Part shown: piece by piece, positions 21,066 to 29,875 of the stretch
Layout of the letters: each line of letters begins with the position of its first letter
Numbering within the stretch: the stretch's first letter is position 1
Source of the DNA: Candidatus Kaiserbacteria bacterium
Lineage (GTDB): Bacteria; Patescibacteriota; Minisyncoccia; Phycocordibacterales; UBA2100
Length of the DNA: 64,000 nucleotides
Direction of reading: 5' to 3'
NCBI GenBank assembly: GCA_021413775.1
Contig: JAIOPS010000021.1
Coordinates: 5,014 to 69,013 of the forward strand
Notes under the pieces: generated by a model
What the model was told of the DNA's origin: nothing
Databases searched by the model: none
What the model saw: only the letters and a program-made list of their open reading frames with translations
Position numbers and translations under genes: made by a program

Positions 21066-21818
21066 ATGGATTGTCCGCGTGTCGCCATATTTGATCTCGA
21101 CGACACGCTCGCCGAGAGCTTTCAGCCGCCTTCCGCGTCGATGGTCGTCAAGCTCAGTGCGCTTCTTGAAAAAGTTCCCGTCGCGATACTCTCCGCGGCG
21201 GGATTCCCGCGCATCGAAGCAGACTTTTTGCACAAGCTTACGGATTCCCCCCGTATTGATTTCTTTTACATATTCCCTAACAGTTCCGCACAGTGCTTCA
21301 TTCACGAAAACGGCAAGTGGAAAAGCGCATATGATTTCCTGCTCTCCGCTGAGCAGCGTCAGGCGATACGTACGGCGCTCGACGAGAGCGTACGGGAGAC
21401 CAATCTCGAGCTGAACCCCAAATATGAACCGGTTATTCTCGACAGAGACGTTCAAATTGCCTACGCGGCCCTCGGACTCGACGCCAGCGAAGAAGATAAA
21501 CGTGCCTGGGACCCCGATAAGGCGAAGCGCAAGCGGCTGAAAGAGTCTCTCGATAAACGATTGCCGGATTTTGAAGTGCTCATAGGCGGCAAAACGACCA
21601 TGGACATTACGCACAAAGGCATCAACAAAGCGTACGGCGTCCGGTGGCTATCAAAAAAATTAAGCATCCCCGCGAGTGAAATGCTCTATGTCGGCGACGC
21701 ATTCTATGAGGGCGGAAACGATACGGTGGTAATTCCGACGGGTATCCGCACCCGTGCTGTATCCGGCCCCGCCGAAACAGAGACCGTCATCGACGAACTT
21801 CTGAACTTCTGCGCGTAA
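21066..21818 (+). CDS. HAD-IIB hydrolase, phosphomannomutase-like
   Basis: FDLDDTL, GGKTTMDIT..GINKAYG, YVGD...GGND; -10 TAGGCT 6 nt before ATG 21066. Confidence 0.85.
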   Translation: MDCPRVAIFDLDDTLAESFQPPSASMVVKLSALLEKVPVAILSAAGFPRIEADFLHKLTDSPRIDFFYIFPNSSAQCFIHENGKWKSAYDFLLSAEQRQAIRTALDESVRETNLELNPKYEPVILDRDVQIAYAALGLDASEEDKRAWDPDKAKRKRLKESLDKRLPDFEVLIGGKTTMDITHKGINKAYGVRWLSKKLSIPASEMLYVGDAFYEGGNDTVVIPTGIRTRAVSGPAETETVIDELLNFCA

Positions 21819-21879
21819 ACGCCCGGGAAGCGGCTCACCTTACCGCTTTCGTGCATCACTCATCTGCGCACGTAAAATA

Positions 21880-21908
21880 TTGACATATCTTCGCGAATAT
21901 ATCATTAT
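21880..21908 (+). promoter_or_regulatory. sigma70-type promoter (TTGACA-17-CATTAT)
   Basis: TTGACA 21880-21885, CATTAT 21903-21908; GAGGGAG SD before ATG 21947. Confidence 0.55.
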
Positions 21909-21946
21909 ATTCCCGGACATAAACAGCAAATCGAGGGAGATTACCC

Positions 21947-22993
21947 ATGCCGCAAACCGGCATTCAAAAAGTTGATTATCCCGTCATCGTTATCGGCTCC
22001 GGCCCGGCCGGCATGAACGCCGCCAATGCTCTCGCCTTCGAGGGCATCAGCGTGCTCGTCGTTGACGGCAGCGCACCGGGCGGACAGGCAAACACGAGTC
22101 ACAGCATCGAAAACATCCTCGGCTTTCCGAAAGGAATTTCGGGTCCGGAACTGACGACGCTGTTGATTCAAACAGGCCTCCGGGACGGTGTGCAATACCT
22201 GATGCCGTTCCGCGCCAACCGCGTCCGCTACGACGAGGCTTCGTGCATCTTCACCATCGTCGGCGAAGACGGCGAGTCACTTACCTGCCGGGCCATCATC
22301 ATCGCGACCGGTGTCCAACTCCGCTTGCTCAAGGCGATTAACGCGGCGATATTCTACCGTCGCGGTCTCGAGTACGGTTCGCCCGAACAGCATCGCGAAT
22401 TGTGGACCCGGATGAGCGTGGGTGTCATGGGCGGCGGTAACGCCGCAGCGCAGGCGGCGATGTTTCTCTCGAGTTGCGAGGGCACGAAGGTGCACCTGTG
22501 CGTTCGCGGCGAGTCGCTCAAGGACAGCATGTCGGCGCGCGTCATCAAGCACCTGAACGACGCCGCCAATGTGGACGTGCTGCTCAGGACCGAAGTGCTC
22601 GAAACACTCGGCGATGAAAATCTCAACTTCACCGGCGTCCGCGTGAAGGGACCCGAGGGTGAGCGCGTCATCAACATGCAGAGCCTCCATGTGCATATCG
22701 GCGCGAAACCGCACACTGACTGGCTCAGCGGCTGCGTCGAACTCGACCCGAAAGGCTACGTGCTCGCGGATTCGTTTCTGCCTGCAAGCTCGTGGCCGCT
22801 CAAAAGCCGTCCGCCGTTCGAACGCGAAACTTCGCACCCCGGCATTTTCGTCGCCGGCGATGCGCGATTCGGTCACGACGTGCATCGCGTGCAGACGGCG
22901 TCCAGCGACGGCGTCATCGCGGGAGCGAGTGCCTACAAGTATCTCGAGCAGGCCTGCATCACGCCGCAGCTGCTGGAGAAAAAGACCGCCTGA
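21947..22993 (+). CDS. thioredoxin-reductase-like FAD/NAD(P) oxidoreductase lacking CxxC
   Basis: GSGPAG, PGGQ, IENILGFP, IIATG, GGGNAA, GIFVAGD; the expected CxxC position reads GLEYGSPE. Confidence 0.85.
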   Translation: MPQTGIQKVDYPVIVIGSGPAGMNAANALAFEGISVLVVDGSAPGGQANTSHSIENILGFPKGISGPELTTLLIQTGLRDGVQYLMPFRANRVRYDEASCIFTIVGEDGESLTCRAIIIATGVQLRLLKAINAAIFYRRGLEYGSPEQHRELWTRMSVGVMGGGNAAAQAAMFLSSCEGTKVHLCVRGESLKDSMSARVIKHLNDAANVDVLLRTEVLETLGDENLNFTGVRVKGPEGERVINMQSLHVHIGAKPHTDWLSGCVELDPKGYVLADSFLPASSWPLKSRPPFERETSHPGIFVAGDARFGHDVHRVQTASSDGVIAGASAYKYLEQACITPQLLEKKTA

Positions 22994-23017
22994 GCACATG
23001 CCAGGCATGAACGACAT

Positions 23018-23048
23018 GCTCCCCGGGGATTCCGGGGAGTATTTTTTT
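23018..23048 (+). terminator. intrinsic terminator
   Basis: GCTCCCCGG-GGATT-CCGGGGAGT followed by ATTTTTTT. Confidence 0.75.
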
Positions 23049-23061
23049 ACGAACTGCCGAA

Positions 23062-24891
23062 CTACTCAGGACGCGTCCAGAAGTTATTCCAGACGAACCA
23101 GCCCCCGAGAAGAAGCAGGAGAAACACGAGGAATATCCACAGGTAGTTTCCTCCGGGGAGACCCGATGCACCGCCCGCAACTTGAGATTCCGGAGCGGTC
23201 ACAATGCGCGAATCGGAGGATTCCGGCACAACATCACCTTGGGCAACTACCGGTACTGAATTCTCCGCGGACTCCACCACGGCAGTTGTTCGCAGCGGCG
23301 ACGGTGTAGAAACCGCAGAAGCGCTCCGTATCGGCTGCGAGATAACGGTCGGCGCAATGGGTGTTCCGTTCGCTGTGCCCGGCGCATTTTCTGGTGACGC
23401 ACCTGTTCCGAAAGACGGGGCTGCGGGGGACGTACCGCCGGATGTCGGAGAGGGAGTGGGCGCGACGGGAGGACCGTTCGAACCGCCCGACGGGAGCGGA
23501 GCCGGTGCGGGAATTGAAATATCATATGCGAATGCGGCGTCGAGCGAAGGAATCGCTCCGTAGCACGCAACGGCGTGAATAGTCGCAGACGCCGATAATG
23601 CAATCGGAGAACTGTAGAGAGCGCCGGTCGCGCATGTCGGCGTGGAACCGTCCGTCGTATAGCGGATTTCTGTCGCACCCGTTTGCGTAAGAGTCACACT
23701 CTGTGCACCCGTATAACTTCCCGTTACGGGCGATGCGGAGACTGTATCCCCTGTCACCGTGACGATGAACGTGGACGTCGCGGAGTTCAAAGCCGCATCA
23801 GTAGCCGTACAAGTCACCGTTGTTGTGCCCACAGGAAATGTCGAGCCTGACGAGGGCGTGCAAGAGACCGAGACGCTCACATCAACATCATCAGTCGCAG
23901 TCGGGTCCGTAAAGCTCACAACCGCTCCGGAAGAGCTCGTTGAAGTCGCAAATATGTCCGTACCGGTCACAATAGAAGGCGCCGTAGTATCCGTGACGAT
24001 AACGTCGAAGGTGGACGTCGCCCAATTAAACGCGACATCATGTGCCGTACACGTAACGGTCGTCGTACCCAGAGCAAAGAGCGAGCCCGACGCGGGCACG
24101 CACGAAGTACTTACCGCACCGTCCGTCGCATCATTTGCAGTTGCACTGAAAGTCAGCACCGTGCCGGATGCACTTGCTGCGGCGGCCGTCGTGGTTGCGG
24201 GAGTCGTTATGACCGGAGGCGTCACGTCGCCTCCTCCGCACGCATCAATGCAAAAACTCGTATCGTTAGATACGCCGACGTTGTGCACGGAATCCATCGG
24301 AATGATGTGCAGTGTATGACTTCCGTTTGCGAGCACAATTGGCGATACGTACGACCACGAACTGCAGTCCTCAACTGCACCCGAGTCTATTTGGCATGTC
24401 GCCGAGTCAAAATCGTTGTCCGGAGATTCGAAGTCGAACGATGGCGTACTGCTCGCCGCAGGGTATACGTAACCACCGGGAATTACATCGATGGTGCCGC
24501 CGAAATACACAAAACTGATTGTAGGCAAAACAGTATCTTTGGATGCGGGGAAATCCGTACGCGAAGAACCGTTTGTCTGAGAGACATCCACAAGCAAGGC
24601 GCCCTCGTCGAGCGAGGTCGCATCTACTGTCGTGGACCATGCGCCTCCGGTACAAATTGGTGCAACGGCGGGAGAAACAGTATGTAAACTCGAATCACGA
24701 ATAACCAGCGTCACGGGTCCTCCCTCAAGATTACACGCGCCGCTTGCGGGAGCAGCGGAGACGGTCGCCGCCGTTATTTGGGGGACGAATACGTTGACGA
24801 GGCCGTCACCACCAGCAAAGACAGTACCGGCCGACAAAAGAAAACCAAGGCCTGCGACAGCCGCTACACCGCCTCGAAGCGGAATATTCAT
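23062..24891 (-). CDS. cell-surface protein with Ig-like/HYR repeats, FN3-associated module, Pro/Ser linker and C-terminal TM anchor
   Basis: Signal peptide; two HYR-like repeats (ATD..D...C.P.SGS.F..GTTTVTCTA.D); IRYTTDGSTP; C-terminal hydrophobic helix. Confidence 0.8.
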   Translation of the reverse strand: MNIPLRGGVAAVAGLGFLLSAGTVFAGGDGLVNVFVPQITAATVSAAPASGACNLEGGPVTLVIRDSSLHTVSPAVAPICTGGAWSTTVDATSLDEGALLVDVSQTNGSSRTDFPASKDTVLPTISFVYFGGTIDVIPGGYVYPAASSTPSFDFESPDNDFDSATCQIDSGAVEDCSSWSYVSPIVLANGSHTLHIIPMDSVHNVGVSNDTSFCIDACGGGDVTPPVITTPATTTAAAASASGTVLTFSATANDATDGAVSTSCVPASGSLFALGTTTVTCTAHDVAFNWATSTFDVIVTDTTAPSIVTGTDIFATSTSSSGAVVSFTDPTATDDVDVSVSVSCTPSSGSTFPVGTTTVTCTATDAALNSATSTFIVTVTGDTVSASPVTGSYTGAQSVTLTQTGATEIRYTTDGSTPTCATGALYSSPIALSASATIHAVACYGAIPSLDAAFAYDISIPAPAPLPSGGSNGPPVAPTPSPTSGGTSPAAPSFGTGASPENAPGTANGTPIAPTVISQPIRSASAVSTPSPLRTTAVVESAENSVPVVAQGDVVPESSDSRIVTAPESQVAGGASGLPGGNYLWIFLVFLLLLLGGWFVWNNFWTRPE

Positions 24892-24922
24892 ATTTCTATT
24901 ATACAACGAGGCACTTTTTTGT

Positions 24923-26671
24923 CTAGCCGAACGTGAATGTGTACGCATTGAGACCCGGACTCAATATTTCTATATCTATTGTGTGCTCGCCGTAGTCCGC
25001 CCCCTCGATGAGTTTGTAGAGTCTGTCACTGCCGACCGTCGCTTTCCCCTCAGCATCTACATCTGCCCCCGCCGAGCTTCCCGGCAATGCGCCGTCGATT
25101 GTCACCTTGAGAGACACCGGGGAATCGGCGCTGCCGACGAAGTACACGCTCTTCGCACTGTAACGGAAGCGGATGCGCGCACCTGCTGTCGTATTGACCG
25201 CATACTCAGGATTGAATTGCCACGTGCCGCTCAGATAGAGCTGGTTCGGCCGAATAACGGTCGGCATGACGAGCGTTTGTGCCCCCAACGTGCCGATTTT
25301 CCCGTTTGCGAGGTATTCGTTGCGTGACGCTCCGAAATAGGTTTCCGGCGAGCCGACACTGCCTGCGGAAGGAGTGCTCGTATCTATCGCGATATCCGAC
25401 GGCATCTCCGGCGCAGCCTCGCCGAGCCGGGCGGCGCGCTCAGCGAGCGCTTTCTGTATCGCTTTTTCCGTTTCATCATAGTTCCCTTCTCCGATGTGGT
25501 CGTACACGATGTATCCGTCTATATCGATGAGGTATTTGCGGGGCCAGTACTGGTTGCCGAGTGCGTTCCAGGTCCTGTACTCGTTGTCGAGAACTACCGG
25601 GTATTTGATGCCGAAACCCTTTACCGCCTGCTCCACATTTTTCTGCACCTTTTCGAATGAAAACTCGGGCGTATGGATACCGATTATTTCCAAACCTTCG
25701 CTTTCGTACCGGTCGTACCACATTTTGAGGTACGGCAATGTACGCTGACAGTTGATGCATGAGTATGTCCAGATATCGAGGAGCACGACTTTCTTACCTT
25801 TAAACTCAGCGATGGTCACCGGCTTTCCTTCCGTATTGATGTACCCGTCGGGCGCGACGAGCTCGGGAGCCTTTTGAAATATTTTTGATTTCTCAGAGTC
25901 TGAGAGCTGCGCGGTCGATGTCGCAGATGCGCCTGACGCATTGTTGTCTTTACCCGCACCGAGCAAGTGCTGTTCAATGCGCGTAGCATCAAATCCGTTT
26001 GCGAGCATCCAGGCTTCAAGCTTCGCCATGGTCCCCGTGAGGACAGCGAGCCCGACGAGGAGGAACAGTACGCCGATAGATTTTCTGAACCAGCCGGACG
26101 GATCTATCGCGATTCCGAGCTTGTCCACAAGCCTCTGTCCCAGGAGTGCGATAAGAAGCAAAAAGCCCGAGAGCCCGATGCAGTATGCGATAAGGTCGAG
26201 CGTGCCGACGAGGTAACTGGCGGGAAGCACTGTCGCGAGAATGACGAAGTATGTCGGCGAGCAGCTCGAGAACACGGGACCCAAGGCCGCTCCCATGAGC
26301 ACGTCGCCCCAGAATGACTGCTTGCGATACCCTTCCCCCAGCGCGCGATTCGACGCGAGATTCATTTTGTTGACGATACCGAGTCCGTCCCAGAGCCACG
26401 GGAAAAGCATCGCGACTCCGAAAAGAACGAGTATGCCTCCGGAGACCAGCTCCCAAAACCCTTGCGGGACGTCGATGAATGCCGTGGTGACCTTCAGAAG
26501 GAACGTAAAGAGAAAGACCGAGAGGCCGAGCGATACGGAAATCACGTACGCTTTCCGCCAGTTCCTCTCCCCCGCAACGGAGCCTCCGACGACAACCGGC
26601 AAGAGCGGAAGTACGCACGGCGCAAGCACCGTGAGCACTCCCGCTACAAATGAAATGAGAAAAAGTATCAT
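24923..26671 (-). CDS. dipZ: DipZ-like protein (CcdA + thioredoxin + C-terminal beta domain)
   Basis: APCVLP and FSSCSP CcdA cysteines; WTYSCINC, GIHTPEF, NQYWP, SPETYFG; C-terminal YTFTFG. Confidence 0.88.
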   Translation of the reverse strand: MILFLISFVAGVLTVLAPCVLPLLPVVVGGSVAGERNWRKAYVISVSLGLSVFLFTFLLKVTTAFIDVPQGFWELVSGGILVLFGVAMLFPWLWDGLGIVNKMNLASNRALGEGYRKQSFWGDVLMGAALGPVFSSCSPTYFVILATVLPASYLVGTLDLIAYCIGLSGFLLLIALLGQRLVDKLGIAIDPSGWFRKSIGVLFLLVGLAVLTGTMAKLEAWMLANGFDATRIEQHLLGAGKDNNASGASATSTAQLSDSEKSKIFQKAPELVAPDGYINTEGKPVTIAEFKGKKVVLLDIWTYSCINCQRTLPYLKMWYDRYESEGLEIIGIHTPEFSFEKVQKNVEQAVKGFGIKYPVVLDNEYRTWNALGNQYWPRKYLIDIDGYIVYDHIGEGNYDETEKAIQKALAERAARLGEAAPEMPSDIAIDTSTPSAGSVGSPETYFGASRNEYLANGKIGTLGAQTLVMPTVIRPNQLYLSGTWQFNPEYAVNTTAGARIRFRYSAKSVYFVGSADSPVSLKVTIDGALPGSSAGADVDAEGKATVGSDRLYKLIEGADYGEHTIDIEILSPGLNAYTFTFG

Positions 26672-26676
26672 CGAAG

Positions 26677-26952
26677 TTAGCGCGTCATCACATCGGCTTT
26701 CACCGTCGTCGATGCGCCCATCATCACGTCCGCGCCCTTTTCATCCGTCATCATGCCGTCCGTCGAGGTCGACATGCTCTCGTCTTTCATCATCGCATCC
26801 GATGAAGTCGCCATCGAACCTGTCGTCGACGCCGTCATTGCGTCATCTGAAACTATCATGGAATCCGACGAGTTTTTATTGATAAGAAGATATCCCCCGC
26901 CGAAAATTACGACGAGAGCTACGATTGTTCCGATAATTGCGTTTGTAGACAT
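26677..26952 (-). CDS. small membrane-anchored Met/Ser/Asp-rich protein
   Basis: N-terminal TM helix and Met-rich tail; ends 5 bp before dipZ. Confidence 0.7.
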   Translation of the reverse strand: MSTNAIIGTIVALVVIFGGGYLLINKNSSDSMIVSDDAMTASTTGSMATSSDAMMKDESMSTSTDGMMTDEKGADVMMGASTTVKADVMTR

Positions 26953-27039
26953 ATGTCCGGATATATTTCACTTCTAATACGTGAAGTATAGGGGCGCTCA
27001 CTGTCGTGTCAAGGCGACTTTACATTCGCTGTGCACAAC

Positions 27040-27405
27040 TCAGCGGTAGAGAGTGCTCCAGATTCGCGCGACCACCTTCCCCACGACCATAGCGATAAGC
27101 GCGACGACCAGCCACGGGTCGATACGATGCATGCTGTTCTGAACGATAATACCGAGAATGAGGACCGCGCTTCCCGCGAGGAATGCGGCACGCCCCGCCG
27201 CCGAGCGATGCACCGCATCCCGCTCGTCTTTCGCGCTTTCCCGCAATATAAAGACGATGAAAGCACCGAACGCGACTGCGGAGAGCGCGAGCATCGTCAT
27301 GTGCGCCATGCTCGGCATCCACAAACCCATCGGGTTCAGAAGAAACACCGCGAGTACGCAGAAAATCAGAGCGCTCACAATCTCGGGCATCATATCTTTT
27401 GTCAT
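27040..27405 (-). CDS. membrane protein (DUF2178-like DER motif)
   Basis: Four hydrophobic segments, KDERD; overlaps the XRE gene stop. Confidence 0.7.
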   Translation of the reverse strand: MTKDMMPEIVSALIFCVLAVFLLNPMGLWMPSMAHMTMLALSAVAFGAFIVFILRESAKDERDAVHRSAAGRAAFLAGSAVLILGIIVQNSMHRIDPWLVVALIAMVVGKVVARIWSTLYR

Positions 27406-27608
27406 AGGCTGAAAATATCGTCTACATTCTTTTTAAAATAACGCGCAAGCTTGAGAGCAAGGAGAACTGACGGCGTATAATTCCCCTTCTCTATCGCGAT
27501 GACGGTTTGCCTGCTTACCCCGACCCTCTCCGCAAGCTCCTCCTGCGTCACTCCCGCTTTTTCGCGCAGTGCTTGCACCGTGTTCTTCACTTCTTCGCGC
27601 ATGGACAT
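27402..27608 (-). CDS. XRE/Cro-C1 HTH regulator
   Basis: TQEELAERVGVSRQTVIAIEKGNYTPS. Confidence 0.92.
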   Translation of the reverse strand: MSMREEVKNTVQALREKAGVTQEELAERVGVSRQTVIAIEKGNYTPSVLLALKLARYFKKNVDDIFSL

Positions 27609-27645
27609 GAATCATAGTGTGCACAGACGAAGCGTCAAGGATGCT

Positions 27646-28368
27646 TTACACCGACGGATGATTCTTCTTGAAAAACTCCGCGCGGATTTTCATAACATCC
27701 CTATGGAAGCCGTCATTCTCGCGACGCGGATACGGCAATTGAATCGGGAATTCGGCCTCGATTTTTCCGGCTTTCATCAGAATCACGCGCTCGCCCATCG
27801 AAACCGCCTCTTCGATGACGTGCGAGACAAGCACTATTGTTTTCTTCGTCCGCTTCCAGGCGGCAATTACGTCATCGTGAAGCTCGGCTGTCGTCTCCGG
27901 GTCCAGCGCAGAAAACGGTTCGTCGAGAAGGAGCACCTGCGGGTCAACGGCGAGCGCGCGTGCGATGCCGACGCGCTGTCGCTGACCTCCGGAGAGTTCT
28001 CCGGGATATTTGTGAGAGAGCTCGCGGATGCGCATCGCATCCAGTTCCGCGTTCACGGTCCTTTCCAGCTGCGTCCCGGATTTTCCCGCGGTGCGTAGAC
28101 CGAGGGCGACATTTTCGAATACTGAAAGCCATGGGAAGAGCGCTCCGAATTGAAACGAAACTGACACTTTCTTCGGCCGGTCGACAGTCCCCGTATCGGG
28201 CGATTCCAGACCGGCGATGAGTTTCAACATGGTCGATTTGCCGCAGCCGGACGGACCGATGAGACACGCCATTTCTCCGTCGCGTACCGCGAATGAGACA
28301 TTATCAACAGCCGGCGAGGTTTCCCGTTCGTACGTTTTCGAAACATTTCTGAAAAGTATGAGATTCAT
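27646..28368 (-). CDS. ABC transporter ATP-binding protein, NitT/TauT type
   Basis: GPSGCGKST, LFPWLSV, LSGGQRQR, LLLDEPFSALD. Confidence 0.92.
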   Translation of the reverse strand: MNLILFRNVSKTYERETSPAVDNVSFAVRDGEMACLIGPSGCGKSTMLKLIAGLESPDTGTVDRPKKVSVSFQFGALFPWLSVFENVALGLRTAGKSGTQLERTVNAELDAMRIRELSHKYPGELSGGQRQRVGIARALAVDPQVLLLDEPFSALDPETTAELHDDVIAAWKRTKKTIVLVSHVIEEAVSMGERVILMKAGKIEAEFPIQLPYPRRENDGFHRDVMKIRAEFFKKNHPSV

Positions 28369-28369
28369 A

Positions 28370-29182
28370 TCAGTCGAAGCGGAAGCGTTGCGAATATGTG
28401 ATGAGTCGTTGCCACACGAAGAGATTCAGGACGGCAATCATGAGAACCATGATGACGAGCGCCTCCGCAAAAACCGTGTTGTGTGCGTTGGCCGCCGCGG
28501 AAACGAGAATACTCCCGATACCGAAGAGGTCCTGCGACGGATTGCCGTGCGGAATGTAGGTATGAAGCGCTTCGGCGATGATAATGAGGTTCCAGCCCTG
28601 TGCGACCGCGAGTACCGACCCTATGACAAGTTGCGGAAATACGGCGGGAATGAGCACGCGTCGCACGTATGCAAACCCGCTCAGACCGAAAATGCGGGCC
28701 GCGTTCACGATATCCTGCGGGATTATTTTCAAACCGCCAACAAGCGTAAATACAATATTCCACAGCATGCTCAAGAAAAGAATGGAGACGGCCGCGCCCT
28801 CCATGAAATCCCACCGCACGAACATCACAACGACGACGGGGAAGAATGCGAGAATCGGCACCGATTCCAAAACATCGAATACCGGCAAGAGGATTTTCTC
28901 AAGGAGCCGGTTGTGCGTCGCAAGTATCGCGAGCGGAATTCCTACAACGACGGCGAGAATATACGCGACCGTAATGCGTGCGAGTGTCGCAAACGAGGCC
29001 TCAACAAGAACGTGCCAGGTCGCGACGCCCGACTCCGCGACTTCCGTCTGAAAGAGAGAGACGACAAGATAAATCGCCGCAGCGACGAGAAGGGGCCCGA
29101 TGAGCAATGAGTAGAGCCGTTCGCGTACAGAAACCGGATACGTGAGAAACATGTGATGGGCGCGATGTCGCGGATGCTTCAT
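28370..29182 (-). CDS. ABC transporter permease, NitT/TauT type
   Basis: SVPILAFFP, AARIFG EAA-like loop; start MKHPR supported by TACAAT 6 nt upstream. Confidence 0.88.
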   Translation of the reverse strand: MKHPRHRAHHMFLTYPVSVRERLYSLLIGPLLVAAAIYLVVSLFQTEVAESGVATWHVLVEASFATLARITVAYILAVVVGIPLAILATHNRLLEKILLPVFDVLESVPILAFFPVVVVMFVRWDFMEGAAVSILFLSMLWNIVFTLVGGLKIIPQDIVNAARIFGLSGFAYVRRVLIPAVFPQLVIGSVLAVAQGWNLIIIAEALHTYIPHGNPSQDLFGIGSILVSAAANAHNTVFAEALVIMVLMIAVLNLFVWQRLITYSQRFRFD

Positions 29183-29268
29183 GATTCCATTGTAACGCGG
29201 CGTAGACATTCTCCCGGCACGATGCTACAACTCCCGAAGCTTCGTGCCGTTCAGGGAGAACGCCGACT

Positions 29269-29781
29269 ATGATTATGCTCTTCAGCCGTCTTCCGCACTG
29301 CTCACTGCGCGCAAAAATCGGCCTGGCGATGACGCAGGTCGCTCGCTCACCCGAAGCGGGCAGCGAGTTCGATACACTGACTCAGCACCTCCGGCATCTG
29401 CCTGATGACGAATTGCTTTCGATGCTCACCGGCATCGGCTACGACTGCGTAATCGCGCTCGAACACGGTCGCATCATCGGGTACCTCGCCCACCAGCGCC
29501 GCGAACGCGAAACGCACTGCTTCTCACTCTGTTCGATGCAGGGGTTCGGCGGCCGGGGTCTCGCGACCCGCATGACCGAGTTCTGGCTCAGGTGCGCCAA
29601 GTACCGGAATGTCGAGCGTGCCCGCCTGTGGGCCGGCGACCGCCTGGGCAATCTTCGCGATGCGGAACAGATGCGCCGCATCTACCGGCGCATGGTGGAG
29701 AACCGCGGGAACCTTTCGTTCCCCGTCGTCGAACACGCGTGCGGTGAACCCGGATGGATTCACCTGGCACACGCCGCATAA
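29269..29781 (+). CDS. GNAT-like acetyltransferase (divergent)
   Basis: GRIIGY and QGFGGRGLAT acetyl-CoA loop; SD GGGAG upstream. Confidence 0.6.
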   Translation: MIMLFSRLPHCSLRAKIGLAMTQVARSPEAGSEFDTLTQHLRHLPDDELLSMLTGIGYDCVIALEHGRIIGYLAHQRRERETHCFSLCSMQGFGGRGLATRMTEFWLRCAKYRNVERARLWAGDRLGNLRDAEQMRRIYRRMVENRGNLSFPVVEHACGEPGWIHLAHAA

Positions 29782-29801
29782 ACGAGACTCCTTTAAAAAC
29801 A

Positions 29802-29829
29802 GAAGGGCCGCCCGCTTGGCGGCCCTTTC
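29802..29829. terminator. hairpin terminator after GNAT gene
   Basis: GAAGGGCCGCC-CGCTT-GGCGGCCCTTT. Confidence 0.65.
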
Positions 29830-29875
29830 GATGTATCTGCGCACGTACGCAGACTTTCGCTGATATAATTCTCCG

